DNA of 64,000 nt from Burkholderiales bacterium (GCA_020854105.1 JADZGB010000002.1:1695-65694); one strand, 5' to 3'; positions 30,739 to 40,605 are shown, numbered from the stretch's first letter. The notes: generated by a model from the letters alone, not told the origin. Program-made: numbers and translations.

Positions 30739-31128
30739 ATGTCGAATCGATTGCACCGGCGCACTGCCTGGTTCGCCCTGCTGGCGATCCTGCTCGGCAT
30801 GCTCGTTCCGTCGGTCGCTCGCGCGGTCGCGGGTTCAATCGGTGCCGATGTCACCTGGGTCGAGGTCTGCACCGCACAGGGCGTGCGGTTCATCGCCGTG
30901 CCTGCCGGCGAATCCTCGGTCCCGTCGTCCCTGACCTCCCACGCATTCCAGTCCGAGCACTGCCCGTTCTGCGGCAGCGGGTCGACTGCGTCGCTCCCGA
31001 TGGGAACGGCACGCGTTCTCGTGATCGAATCCGGGCGGGATACCTTCCCGCCGCTGTTCTGGCACGCGCCGCGGACGCTTCACGTGTGGAGCGCGTCGCA
31101 TCCCCGCGATCCTCCCTCCGCCTCCTGA
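30739..31128 (+). CDS. DUF2946-like small protein with C-terminal HCPFC motif
   Basis: Signal/anchor (AWFALLAILLGMLVPSVARA) and an HCPFCG motif. Sits directly upstream of the TonB-dependent receptor. Confidence 0.65.
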   Translation: MSNRLHRRTAWFALLAILLGMLVPSVARAVAGSIGADVTWVEVCTAQGVRFIAVPAGESSVPSSLTSHAFQSEHCPFCGSGSTASLPMGTARVLVIESGRDTFPPLFWHAPRTLHVWSASHPRDPPSAS

Positions 31129-31259
31129 GCTGTTTCCCATTGCGTTGACGCGTTGACGCGCGCCTGCCGAAAGGCAGGCGGCGGCGTGCATCGCGCTCAA
31201 GCCCTGTATCGGACGCGCCGGTCTGCCGCGCGTGTCCCCCTGCTCAGAAGGACAGGAAT

Positions 31260-33455
31260 ATGCCCTTGCACATCGCACGGCTGATGGCGGCCGTCCTGGC
31301 CGCGGCATGCGCCGGCGGCGTCGCCGATCGATCCGCCGCAGCCGAGGATGGTGTCGCCCAGCCGGACCACGAGAGGATCCTGCCGGCGGTGCCGGTCGAG
31401 GCGACCGCGCTCGATGCCGCGCTCGCCCTCGACGCGCCGGCCCCGACCGCCTCGCGCCTCGGCATCACCGTGCGCGAGATTCCCGCGAGTGTCAGCGTGG
31501 TGCCTCGCGAGACGATCGAGCGCCGCGGCGCTGCCGACACCCAGCAGATGCTCCAAAGCGTTACCGGCATGACAGCGGCGTCGCCGCCAGGATCGCCGGG
31601 CTCGGTGTGGTACCGCGGCTTCAGTGCCGCGAACATCACCCAGCTGTTCAACGGCATCACCGTCCAGTACGACGCCATCGCCGGGCGCCCCGTGGACAGC
31701 TGGATCTACGAGCGGGTCGAGGTGATCGGCGGGCCGTCCTCCTTTCTCTACGGCGCCGGGGCGGTCGGCGGATCGATCAACTACGTCACCAAGCTCGCCA
31801 CGATGGAGGAAGAGTTCATCGACGGGCGTGCCGCGATCGGATCCTTTACCACCACCGACCTGTCGCTCGGCGCCAATCGGCTGCTGGGAGCGTCCAATGC
31901 GCTGCGCCTGGACCTCAATCGCAGCGCGTCGAAGGGTTATGTGGACGGGAACCGGAGCCAGGCATGGCAGGTGGCCGCTTCGCTTCTCACGCAGCTGCGG
32001 CCCGGCCTGTCGCACACCCTGGCGGTCGAGTACCAGGACGAAGACGTGGACCGGCCCTACTGGGGCACTCCGCTGCTCCAGCCGGCAAGCGGGGACGGAC
32101 GCGTCGACACGGCCACCCGGTTCGAGAACTACAACTCGGCCGACGGCTTCTACGGCCAGGAGGTCCGATGGCTGAGGTCCGTCCTCGATTGGCAGGTGTC
32201 GGAGCGCACGGCGCTGCGCAACACCTTCTACCATTACGACGCGCTGCGTGACTACCGCAACGTGGAGGTGTACCGCTTTAACGCGGCCAACACGCTGGTC
32301 ACGCGCTCCGACGCGCTGTTGCAACGGCACGATCAGATCCTCAACGGCAATCGGATCGAACTCACGCACGGCGCTTCGCTGGCAGGGCGCAGGTCGGACT
32401 GGGCATTCGGCCTGGACTACAGCGTCAACCGGCAGACGCGCTACCCGCGCTCGATCAGCGGGGTCATCAGCACCGTCCATCCGACCGATTTCGAGACCGA
32501 GGATTTCTTCGACATCCCCGGAATGACGTCGGCTTATCAGCCGGATCGCGACAACCGTCTGCAGACGCTCGCGGCATTCCTGGAGAACCGCACGCAGCTC
32601 ATCGCGCCGCTGTCCGTGGTGCTCGGGTTGCGCTATGAGCGCATCGATCTCGAGGTGCAGAACAAGCGCACCGTCACGCCGACCAACCCGGCCTTCTTCG
32701 AGCGGGTGTGGTATCCGCTCACCGGGCGCATCGGGCTGGTCCTGGATCTGGCCCCAGGCGCGAGCGTCTACGCGCAGTACGCGACCGCAGCCGATCCGCC
32801 CGCCGGCATCCTGACGACCGCCTCGTTCGCGCAGATCCGGGATTTCGATCTGACCACGGGCCGGCAGGCCGAGATCGGCGCGAAGTTCGACTTCGCCGGG
32901 GGTAGGGGTGCCGCCACCATTGCCGCCTACCACATCGTGCGCAGGGATTTCGCGGTGACCGATCCGGCCGCGCCCGGCACGACCATTCCGGTCGGGAAGC
33001 AGTCCTCGCGCGGCATCGAACTGGGTGCCGCGCTGCGTGCCACCAAGCGACTGACACTGGAAGGCAATGTCGCCTGGGTCGATGCGCAGTTCGACGACTT
33101 CACCGAGAACGTCGGCGGCGTGGCGGTGTCGCGCGCGGGCAGGACGCCGCCGAACGTTCCTGACCTCGTCGGCAACCTGTGGGCCACCTACGCGATCACG
33201 CCGGCCCTGCAGCTTGGCATGGACGTGCGCCATGTGTCCTCCCGCTACGGCAACAACGCGAACACCGTCAGCGACGATGCCTACACGCTGCTCGGTGCGC
33301 ATCTGGGCTACCGAGTCGCCAAGGACACGATGGTTGTGCTGCGCGGACGCAACCTGACCGACGAGATCCATGCCACCGCCATCACCGGCACGCCGATGTT
33401 CTACCTCGGTGCGCCGCGCAGCGTCGAGCTGTCCATCCAGACGCGCTTCCGATGA
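31260..33455 (+). CDS. TonB-dependent outer-membrane receptor (metal/copper or siderophore type)
   Basis: 731 aa with signal peptide, plug domain (GITVREIPASVSVVPRETIERRGAADTQQMLQSVTG), and a beta-barrel with an aromatic C-terminus. Confidence 0.92.
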   Translation: MPLHIARLMAAVLAAACAGGVADRSAAAEDGVAQPDHERILPAVPVEATALDAALALDAPAPTASRLGITVREIPASVSVVPRETIERRGAADTQQMLQSVTGMTAASPPGSPGSVWYRGFSAANITQLFNGITVQYDAIAGRPVDSWIYERVEVIGGPSSFLYGAGAVGGSINYVTKLATMEEEFIDGRAAIGSFTTTDLSLGANRLLGASNALRLDLNRSASKGYVDGNRSQAWQVAASLLTQLRPGLSHTLAVEYQDEDVDRPYWGTPLLQPASGDGRVDTATRFENYNSADGFYGQEVRWLRSVLDWQVSERTALRNTFYHYDALRDYRNVEVYRFNAANTLVTRSDALLQRHDQILNGNRIELTHGASLAGRRSDWAFGLDYSVNRQTRYPRSISGVISTVHPTDFETEDFFDIPGMTSAYQPDRDNRLQTLAAFLENRTQLIAPLSVVLGLRYERIDLEVQNKRTVTPTNPAFFERVWYPLTGRIGLVLDLAPGASVYAQYATAADPPAGILTTASFAQIRDFDLTTGRQAEIGAKFDFAGGRGAATIAAYHIVRRDFAVTDPAAPGTTIPVGKQSSRGIELGAALRATKRLTLEGNVAWVDAQFDDFTENVGGVAVSRAGRTPPNVPDLVGNLWATYAITPALQLGMDVRHVSSRYGNNANTVSDDAYTLLGAHLGYRVAKDTMVVLRGRNLTDEIHATAITGTPMFYLGAPRSVELSIQTRFR

Positions 33456-33462
33456 GGCCGCG

Positions 33463-34950
33463 GTGAAGCGCCACCTGTTCCTGGTTCATCGCTGGCTGGG
33501 GATCGTGCTCGGCCTGTTCATGGTGATGTGGTTCGCGTCCGGCATCGTCATGATGTACGTCGGCTACCCGAAGCTCACGGTGGCGGAGCGGGTCGCGGCC
33601 CTGCCGGCGCTCGACCTTCCTGCCGGGACGCCGGGGCCGGGCGGCGCGATCATCGCCGCGGGAAAGGCGGAGCCGCCGCAGTCGGTGCGTCTCACCTCCA
33701 TCGGCGGCGAGGCGTACTACGTCTTGACGTGGAAGGAGGGCGTCGCGGCCGTGCACGCCGCATCGGGGCGCCCGCTCGGCGCCGTCGAAGGCGCGCAGGC
33801 CATGGCGTCGGCGCGTGCGTTCATCCCCGGGGCGCGGGCCGTCTACGACGCGCTGGTGGAAGAGGACGCGTGGACGCATTCGCGTGCGCTGGACCCGCAC
33901 CGGCCGCTGCACCGGGTCGCGATGGACGATGCACGCGGGATGGTTCTCTACGTGTCCGGCCGCACCGGCGAGGTGGTCCGCGACGCCAGCCGCATCGAGC
34001 GCAGCTGGAACTGGGCCGGTGCCTGGATCCACTGGCTGTATCCATTTCGCGGCAACCTGCTGGACCGCCACTGGCACGACATGGTCGTCTGGATCTCCAT
34101 CGCGGCAACGCTGCTCGCCGCAACCGGCGTCACGATCGGCGTGATGCGCTGGCGGTTCCGCGGCGCCTATCGCAGCGGCAGCCGCTCGCCGTACCGGACG
34201 ACCTTCGCGCGCTGGCATCACGTGGGCGGAATGCTGTTCGGATGTCTCGCCCTCACCTGGATCTTCAGCGGGTTGATGTCGATGAATCCGTGGAAGCTGT
34301 TCAGTAGCGCCGCGCCCGCACTGCACGAGGAAGCAATGGCCGGCGCCCCGCTGTCGGCGGCGCACCTCAGCGCGGACGTGGCGGAGCCGATCCGCCGCTT
34401 TCGCGCCGCCGGCTTCGCGCCGCGGGAGCTGGAGTGGACCGTGTTCGACGGGCGGGGGTGGGTGGTGGCGCGCAATGCAGGCGGGCGTACGCGCATCGCC
34501 CCCATCTCCGGCGACATGCCGCCGCGCGAGATGCTGGATCTGGATGCGCTCGCTGCGGCCGGTGCCCGCCTGCTTCCGGGTGCGCGGGTGGTGGCGCGCA
34601 CCGACCTGCGCGACTGGGATGCCTACCATTACACGCGCGCGCCGCACACCATGACCGGGCACGTCGAGAAGCGGCTTCCGGTCGTGCGGCTGGAATTCGA
34701 CGATCCGTACCGCACCTGGGTCCACCTCGATCCGTATACGGGCCGGGTGGCCGCGCGTCTGGACACGCGCCAGCGCGTCAAGCGCTGGCTGTTTGCGTTT
34801 CTGCACAGCTGGGACTGGAACCCGCTGCTCGCGCACCGGCCGGCGTGGGACGCGCTGCTGATCGGCCTGAGTGCAGGAGGGCTGGCGATCGCCGGCACCG
34901 GCGTGACGATGGGATGGCGGCGCCTTCGGCTCAGGCGCCGGCGCGGCTGA
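33463..34950 (+). CDS. PepSY-associated TM-helix protein (PiuB-like)
   Basis: VKRHLFLVHRWLGIVLG... with four TM helices and conserved HxW motifs (WIHWLYPF, FLHSWDW). GTG start at 33463, just after the receptor stop. Confidence 0.82.
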   Translation: MKRHLFLVHRWLGIVLGLFMVMWFASGIVMMYVGYPKLTVAERVAALPALDLPAGTPGPGGAIIAAGKAEPPQSVRLTSIGGEAYYVLTWKEGVAAVHAASGRPLGAVEGAQAMASARAFIPGARAVYDALVEEDAWTHSRALDPHRPLHRVAMDDARGMVLYVSGRTGEVVRDASRIERSWNWAGAWIHWLYPFRGNLLDRHWHDMVVWISIAATLLAATGVTIGVMRWRFRGAYRSGSRSPYRTTFARWHHVGGMLFGCLALTWIFSGLMSMNPWKLFSSAAPALHEEAMAGAPLSAAHLSADVAEPIRRFRAAGFAPRELEWTVFDGRGWVVARNAGGRTRIAPISGDMPPREMLDLDALAAAGARLLPGARVVARTDLRDWDAYHYTRAPHTMTGHVEKRLPVVRLEFDDPYRTWVHLDPYTGRVAARLDTRQRVKRWLFAFLHSWDWNPLLAHRPAWDALLIGLSAGGLAIAGTGVTMGWRRLRLRRRRG

Positions 34951-34959
34951 CGACTCCAT

Positions 34960-35076
34960 CCGTCACCCCGGCGAGTGAAAGCCTGCTCCGGAATTCTTCA
35001 ATCCGGGGCCGGGGACCAGCGGGCAACGAAGGGCAGTTCTACACCCTTGATTCCGGCTTACGCCGGAATGACGATG
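34960..35076. repeat. REP-like composite palindromic element, array 1
   Basis: ccgtcaccccggcg..., ttcaatccggggccgg..., gattccggcttacgccggaatgacg. Same unit types as the other arrays. Confidence 0.75.
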
Positions 35077-35119
35077 TGCTGATGGATTTCGGCTCGCGCC
35101 GGATCGACGGCGTGCTGGC

Positions 35120-35788
35120 CTACACGGCGCAGCAGCGGCCTGCCGGCCCTTCGGGCGAGGCCTGCGACTGCGCAGGCGCGGCAGTGCCTGCCAGCGCGCG
35201 CTCGACGAACTCCAGCCGGTCCTGGCCCCAGAACAGCTCGTCGTCGATGGCGAAGGTCGGCGCGCCGAACACGCCGCGATCGATCGCCTCCTGCGTGTTG
35301 GCCTCGTAGGCCGCGCGCACGTCCGTCGCGTGCGCCATGCGCATCAGCACGTCGGCGTCGAAGCCGTTGTCGACCATCGTGCGACGCAGGGTGGCGGCGT
35401 CGCTCACGTCCTTGTCCTCGACCCAGCAGGCGCGCAGGATCGCAGCGGAGAGCGCCATGGCGGGATCCGGTCCCAGTCGGGTGGCGGCCACGATCAGCAG
35501 CGAGGCGAGCTCCGGGTTGGTCGGGAAGTACTTCGGCTCGAGCGTGAGCGCAATGCCGAGGTGGCTGCGCCAGCGCTTCAGTTCCATCATGCGATAGGCC
35601 TGGCGCTGCGGTGCGCGCTTGGCGAGCGGCAGGCCGCCGGAGACAGGAAAGATCCTGCCGCCGATGTCGCAGGGCTTGACGCGGATGGTCGCGCCGTGTC
35701 GCGCACACATCGCGGCGAAGCGCTCGTGGCCGAGCCAGGTCCAGGGAGAGACGGGCGTGAAGTAGTAGTCGACGGTCTTGGTCATCAT
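35120..35788 (-). CDS. 2-hydroxychromene-2-carboxylate isomerase / DsbA-like thioredoxin-fold protein
   Basis: 222 aa; VDYYFTPVSPWTWLG N-terminus; FGAPTFAIDDELFWGQDRL. Confidence 0.85.
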   Translation of the reverse strand: MMTKTVDYYFTPVSPWTWLGHERFAAMCARHGATIRVKPCDIGGRIFPVSGGLPLAKRAPQRQAYRMMELKRWRSHLGIALTLEPKYFPTNPELASLLIVAATRLGPDPAMALSAAILRACWVEDKDVSDAATLRRTMVDNGFDADVLMRMAHATDVRAAYEANTQEAIDRGVFGAPTFAIDDELFWGQDRLEFVERALAGTAAPAQSQASPEGPAGRCCAV

Positions 35789-35810
35789 TATTCGTTGGGA
35801 TGCGGGGTTG

Positions 35811-37010
35811 TCAGGCGGCCGAGGGAAAACAGGCAGGTTCCAGCGGCTCGAAGGATTTGTAGGTGAGGATGAATTCCTGGTGGCCGAGCGCTTCGGACTT
35901 CGTCTGCTCGCCGTTGGCCACGCGCAGGACCAGCTCGTGAATCTCGCGGCCGACTTCGTCGAGCGTGGCGCGGCCTTCCAGGATGCGGCCGGCGTCCACG
36001 TCCATGTCCTCGCTCATGCGCTTGTAGGTGGCCGGGTTGGCGCACACCTTGATCACCGGTGCGAGTGCCGATCCGACCACCGAGCCGCGGCCGGTCGAGA
36101 ACAGGATCACGTGGCTGCCACAGGCGATCAGCTCGGCGATCTCGGCGTTGTCGCTGATGTTGGGGAAGCCGAAGCGCGGTTCGCCGTCGGGCACCACGTC
36201 GAGCAGGTACAGGCCGCCCGTGACCGGCACGTCCCCCGGCTTGACGATGCCGCGGATCGTCGATTGCCCGGACTTGGCGTACGCCCCCAGCGACTTCTCC
36301 TCGATGGTGGTGAGGCCGCCGTCGGCGTTGCCGGGCCCGATGCTGGCGTGACCGTAGGTGGCGTAGTAGGTGGCCGCCTTCGCCACGGTCTTCACGATCT
36401 CGCTGCCCAGCGCGGGATGCTCCGCCCGCTGCGCCATCCAGTGCTCCATGCCGATCAGTTCGCCGGTCTCCTCGAAGATGCAGGTCGCGTTCTGTTCGAC
36501 CAGGAAGTCGAAGGCGCGGCCCATCGCGGGATTCGCGGTGAGGCCGCTGGTGGCATCCGATCCGCCGCAGATGGTGCCCACCACCAGTTCCTCGATCGGC
36601 ATCGGTGCCCGCGGCGTATCCTGGATCTGCTGCAGCGTCTGCGCCACCCAGGCCTGGCCTTCGGCGATGCTCCTGCGCGTGCCGCCGCTGTCCTGGATCA
36701 CCAGCAGCTTGGCCGGTCGTCCCGATTCGCGCACGACTTCCAGCAGCCGCCCCTTGTTGAAGCCCTCGCAGCCCAACGACACCAGCAGCACCGCGCCCAC
36801 GTTGGGATGCGTGCACAGCCGTTCCAGCATCCTGTGCGAGTAGGAGTTCGGAAAGCAGCCGGGAAAGCCGATCAGGTGCGCGCCCGCCTCGCGATGGGGA
36901 TGGACGATCTCGCGTGAGACGTGGTGCGCGCACTCGACCAGATAGCACACCGCGACGATGTTGCGGATGCCCTTGCGCCCGTCCGCGCGCAGGTAGCCCT
37001 GGATGGCCAT
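35811..37010 (-). CDS. UxaA-family sugar-acid dehydratase, large (catalytic) subunit
   Basis: 399 aa; MAIQGYLRADGRKGIRN..., altronate/galactarate dehydratase C-terminal-type sequence. Confidence 0.85.
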   Translation of the reverse strand: MAIQGYLRADGRKGIRNIVAVCYLVECAHHVSREIVHPHREAGAHLIGFPGCFPNSYSHRMLERLCTHPNVGAVLLVSLGCEGFNKGRLLEVVRESGRPAKLLVIQDSGGTRRSIAEGQAWVAQTLQQIQDTPRAPMPIEELVVGTICGGSDATSGLTANPAMGRAFDFLVEQNATCIFEETGELIGMEHWMAQRAEHPALGSEIVKTVAKAATYYATYGHASIGPGNADGGLTTIEEKSLGAYAKSGQSTIRGIVKPGDVPVTGGLYLLDVVPDGEPRFGFPNISDNAEIAELIACGSHVILFSTGRGSVVGSALAPVIKVCANPATYKRMSEDMDVDAGRILEGRATLDEVGREIHELVLRVANGEQTKSEALGHQEFILTYKSFEPLEPACFPSAA

Positions 37011-37342
37011 CAGTGTGCCTCCTTCAGGAATTCGTGCCCGGCCTCGAGCGTGTAGGTCGGGATGTAGTCGCTGGTGCAGTTGTGCAGGTGAACGTACTCG
37101 CCCGCCGCGATGTCCTGCGTGGCCACGCCGATCGGCGCGCCATACTTGATCACGCGCTCACCCCTGGCGATGCGGCGGATGGCGAACTTGTGTCCGACCA
37201 GCACTTCGCGTTCGAGCACCACCCGGTTGCCGCCGACCTCGCGTTCGGTACCCGCGGGGAGATCGCTCGCGGCCACCGCGATGTTGTCGCCGGGGGCGAG
37301 CAGCAGCACGCCGCTGCCGTCGGTCTTCTGGAAGAAGCTCAT
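37010..37342 (-). CDS. UxaA-family dehydratase, small SAF-domain subunit
   Basis: 110 aa; SAF-like DNIAVAASDLPAGT..GHKFAIRRIARGERVIKYG. Its stop overlaps the large-subunit ATG. Confidence 0.82.
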   Translation of the reverse strand: MSFFQKTDGSGVLLLAPGDNIAVAASDLPAGTEREVGGNRVVLEREVLVGHKFAIRRIARGERVIKYGAPIGVATQDIAAGEYVHLHNCTSDYIPTYTLEAGHEFLKEAH

Positions 37343-37402
37343 TCACGTCTCCTGTTGCCTGCCGTCATCGCCACTGCGGAAGACTGGGGCCAGATCTGTT
37401 CC

Positions 37403-37490
37403 GGGCTGGATCCCGGCTCTCGCCGGGGCCCAGCGAAAACGATCAGGCATCTCGCATCTTCCCGGATCCTGGCCCTTGCCGGGACGACGA
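37403..37490. repeat. REP-like composite element, array 2 (between the enolase-family and SAF genes)
   Basis: ggctggatcccggctctcgccggggcccagcgaaaacg and cccggatcctggcccttgccgggacgacg. Confidence 0.75.
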
Positions 37491-37497
37491 GCAGGCA

Positions 37498-38706
37498 TCA
37501 CAAGCTGCTGCGCCGGATCCGCGCGTCCTTGCGCTTCAACACGTCGGGTTGCAGCTTCGTTCCCAATCCCGGTCCGGGCGGGGCGGTGATGTAGCCGTCC
37601 TTCAGCGGCGGCAGCTGGGTGACCAGCTTGCCGTACCAGTCGGTGTAGAACGCGCGCACCACCTCCTGCACCAGGGTGTTGGGGCAGTTCATGGACAAAT
37701 GCACGGACGAGGTGAGCAGGATCGGACCGGTGCAGTCGTGCGGTGCGATCGGCAGCTGGTAGGCCTCGGCCATGGTCGAGATCTTCTTCGCCTCGGTGAG
37801 GCCGCCGGTCCAGCCGATGTCGAACATGCACACGGACACCGCACGCTTCTCGAACAGGTCGCGGAACGCCCAGCGCGTGGCGAGCGTTTCGCTGGCGGTC
37901 ACCCACACGTCGGTGCGGTGGGCGAACTCGGCGATGGCGTCGAGGTTGTCCATCTTGATCGGATCCTCGTACCAGAACGGGTCGAACTGCTCGAGCGCCT
38001 TGGCGATTTTGATCGCCGTGGGCAGATTCCACAACGAGTGGAATTCGACGTGGATGTCCATCCGGTCGCCGACCGCCCTGCGGATCTTCTCGAACGGCAC
38101 CATCGCCTTCTTCAGGTCCGCACTCGAGATATAGGTGCCGTTGCTGGCCTCGGCGTACTCGTCGAAGGGCCAGATCTTCATCCCGGTGTAGCCTTCCTCG
38201 AGCAGGGACAGGGCCAGCTCGTCGGCGTAGTGCATGAAGCCCACCAGATCCTCGTAGGGCCGGTACCTGCCGCTGTCGCCTGGCATGCCGAAATTCGCCG
38301 TCCCCTGCTCGGACTTTGCCCGCACGTACTGGTAGCCGGCGCAGGTATTGTAGGCGCGCACCTTGTCGCGCGTGGCGCCGCCCAGCAGCTGGTAGATCGG
38401 CTGATTGGTGGCCTGCCCGAGAATGTCCCACAGCGCGATGTCCACTGCCGAGGCCGCACGCATCTCGGCGCCCACGGTCTTGAAGCCCAGGTAGTTGTAG
38501 AGCATGTGGCGGCTGTGCCTGTCGATCTGCAGGGGGTTCTGCCCGAGCAGATAGGGCGCGATCGTCTGGTGGATGTGGGCGATTGCCGGCTCCACCGCAT
38601 AGAAAGTCTCGCCCAGGCCGACGATCCCCTCGTCGGTGTGGATCTGCACCCACAGGACGTTCGGGTACTCCTCCAGGTTGATGGTCTCGATGGCCGTCAC
38701 TTTCAT
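37498..38706 (-). CDS. Enolase-superfamily (mandelate racemase/muconate lactonizing) sugar-acid dehydratase
   Basis: 402 aa; MKVTAIETINL...GIVGLGETF capping domain and a barrel domain with acidic metal ligands. Confidence 0.88.
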   Translation of the reverse strand: MKVTAIETINLEEYPNVLWVQIHTDEGIVGLGETFYAVEPAIAHIHQTIAPYLLGQNPLQIDRHSRHMLYNYLGFKTVGAEMRAASAVDIALWDILGQATNQPIYQLLGGATRDKVRAYNTCAGYQYVRAKSEQGTANFGMPGDSGRYRPYEDLVGFMHYADELALSLLEEGYTGMKIWPFDEYAEASNGTYISSADLKKAMVPFEKIRRAVGDRMDIHVEFHSLWNLPTAIKIAKALEQFDPFWYEDPIKMDNLDAIAEFAHRTDVWVTASETLATRWAFRDLFEKRAVSVCMFDIGWTGGLTEAKKISTMAEAYQLPIAPHDCTGPILLTSSVHLSMNCPNTLVQEVVRAFYTDWYGKLVTQLPPLKDGYITAPPGPGLGTKLQPDVLKRKDARIRRSSL

Positions 38707-38898
38707 GGTGTGCTCGCCGATGTCGGGGGGTGTCCCGATTCTAGCCGATCGCCCATGCGCGCTCGTCCCCGGCCGGCCGGCCGGGCGGGCGGGCCCCGGC
38801 GCAGTGCGCGCGGCCCGCGCATCTCGCCCTCAACCACGTCCCGCCGCCGGCCGATTATATGCCTTGCTTATAGTTAGCTAGGCAACTAATATTGGCAC

Positions 38899-39444
38899 AT
38901 GTTTCGAGAAGATCAGTCTCGTAATTCCGGCAAGCTCCGGGATGACCAGGGGCCGCGCACCCCGAACCAGGTGCGGGAGGATCTGTCGCGCAATTTCGGC
39001 TTCATTCTCAATGACGTGGCGCGCCTGATGCGCACCATCTTCGACCGCCGCGTGAAGTCCCTGGGCCTGACCCGGTCCCAGTGGTGGGTCCTCCACCACC
39101 TGTTCCGCAACGACGGCGTGACTCAATCCGAGCTGGCGATCATCCTGGAGGTCGAGAAACCGAGCCTCGGCCGGCTGCTCGACCGGCTGGAGGTCAAGGG
39201 CTGGGTCCGGCGCGAAGCCGACCCCGACGACCGGCGCATCCGGCGGGTGTTCCTGACCGAGGAAGTGCAGCCTGCGATCAAGGCCATGCGGGCCGCGGCG
39301 GCGGATATCCGGCGCGAAGCGCTGTCCGGACTGGACGCAGGCGAACAGGAACACTTCGTCGACGTTCTCCTGGCCATCAAGGGCAACCTCGCCCGCGCCG
39401 AGGGCAACGGCAACGGCAACGGCACGCGCCGCAGCAAGCCATGA
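38899..39444 (+). CDS. MarR-family transcriptional regulator
   Basis: Winged-helix block LGLTRSQWWVLHHL..GVTQSELAIILEVEKPSLGRLLDRLEVKGWVRREADPDDRR. Confidence 0.9.
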   Translation: MFREDQSRNSGKLRDDQGPRTPNQVREDLSRNFGFILNDVARLMRTIFDRRVKSLGLTRSQWWVLHHLFRNDGVTQSELAIILEVEKPSLGRLLDRLEVKGWVRREADPDDRRIRRVFLTEEVQPAIKAMRAAAADIRREALSGLDAGEQEHFVDVLLAIKGNLARAEGNGNGNGTRRSKP

Positions 39445-40568
39445 GCATCGACATTCCCAAGACCAGGCTGTTCGCCGCGACCCGCCGGGGGTCGCGGCTG
39501 GCGGTGCTGCTGGTCGCGCCTGTGGTGGTGGCGGCCGTGGCGTTGTACTTCTACGCGCGCGGCGGCGGCGTCGAGGAGACCGAGAACGCCTACGTCAAGG
39601 CCAACATCGTCGCGATCAGCGCGGTGGTCACCGGCCGGGTGATCGAGGTGACGGTCGCGGACAACGAGGCGGTGAAGAAGGGCGCGGTCCTGTTCCGTCT
39701 CGATCCCGTCCCGTTCGAGATCGCTGCCTCGGGTGCACGCGCACAGATGGAGGTGGTGCGCAGCGAGGTGCTGTCGCTGCGGGCGGAGTACCGTGCCACG
39801 CTGCTGGAGCGGGCCGAGGTGCAGGAGCAGATCGCCTTTCTCGCACGCCAGCTGGAGCGGCAGGAAGCGCTCAAGGAGCGCGGGATGAGTCGTGCCGACG
39901 TCTATGACGAGGCCCGTCACAAGCACTCGCTCGCGCAGCGCCGGCTCGAGAGCGTGCAGGAGCAGACCAACCGTGTCGTGGCCAGCCTGGGGGGCGATCC
40001 CAATCTCGTCCCGGAGCGCCATCCGCGCTACACGGAAGCCAAGGCCCAGTACGACGCCGCGATGCTGGACATCTCCCGCACCCGGATCATTGCCCCGGTG
40101 GACGGGGTGCTCAGCAACATGAAGCTCCAGGTCGGCGAGTACGTCGACCGTGGCAAGGCCGTGTTCAGCCTGATCGAGAGCGGGCCGCTGTGGATCGAAG
40201 CGAACTTCAAGGAAACGCAGCTCACGCACATGCGCGAGGGACAATCCGCGACCGTGATTGCCGATGCCTACCCGGACGTGAAGTGGCGTGCGCGCATCGA
40301 GACCATCGCGCCTGCCACGGGTGCCGAGTTCGCCGTACTCCCGCCGCAGAACGCCACCGGCAACTGGGTGAAGGTGGTGCAGCGCATCCCGGTGCGCGTG
40401 GTGGTGGATCAGTCGCCCGGCCAGCCTCCGCTGCGCGCCGGCATGACCGTCACCGTGGCCGTGGAAACCGGCAAGGAGCGCGGTCTGCCGCGCGTGGTGC
40501 AACGGATGATCGACAGCGGCGTCCTGCCGCGCGCGCTGGAGCCCTCGCACGCCGTCGCGGGCCGCTGA
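39441..40568 (+). CDS. HlyD/EmrA-family periplasmic adaptor (membrane fusion) protein
   Basis: 375 aa with TM anchor, NAYVKANIVAISAVVTGRVIEV lipoyl-like motif, and a coiled coil. ATGA overlap with marR. The ORF start at 39081 is rejected. Confidence 0.88.
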   Translation: MSIDIPKTRLFAATRRGSRLAVLLVAPVVVAAVALYFYARGGGVEETENAYVKANIVAISAVVTGRVIEVTVADNEAVKKGAVLFRLDPVPFEIAASGARAQMEVVRSEVLSLRAEYRATLLERAEVQEQIAFLARQLERQEALKERGMSRADVYDEARHKHSLAQRRLESVQEQTNRVVASLGGDPNLVPERHPRYTEAKAQYDAAMLDISRTRIIAPVDGVLSNMKLQVGEYVDRGKAVFSLIESGPLWIEANFKETQLTHMREGQSATVIADAYPDVKWRARIETIAPATGAEFAVLPPQNATGNWVKVVQRIPVRVVVDQSPGQPPLRAGMTVTVAVETGKERGLPRVVQRMIDSGVLPRALEPSHAVAGR

Positions 40569-40605
40569 CACCCATCCTCATGCTTTCTTCCACTCCGACT
40601 CGAAC

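Noticed and set aside
31197-34959. 724-aa and 525-aa minus-strand ORFs opposite the TonB receptor and PepSY genes
   Set aside because: Antisense shadows of strongly supported plus-strand genes; no motifs.
39081-39440. 120-aa upstream extension of the HlyD-family ORF
   Set aside because: It overlaps marR out of frame. The internal ATG at 39441, coupled to the marR stop, gives a normal TM-anchored adaptor.
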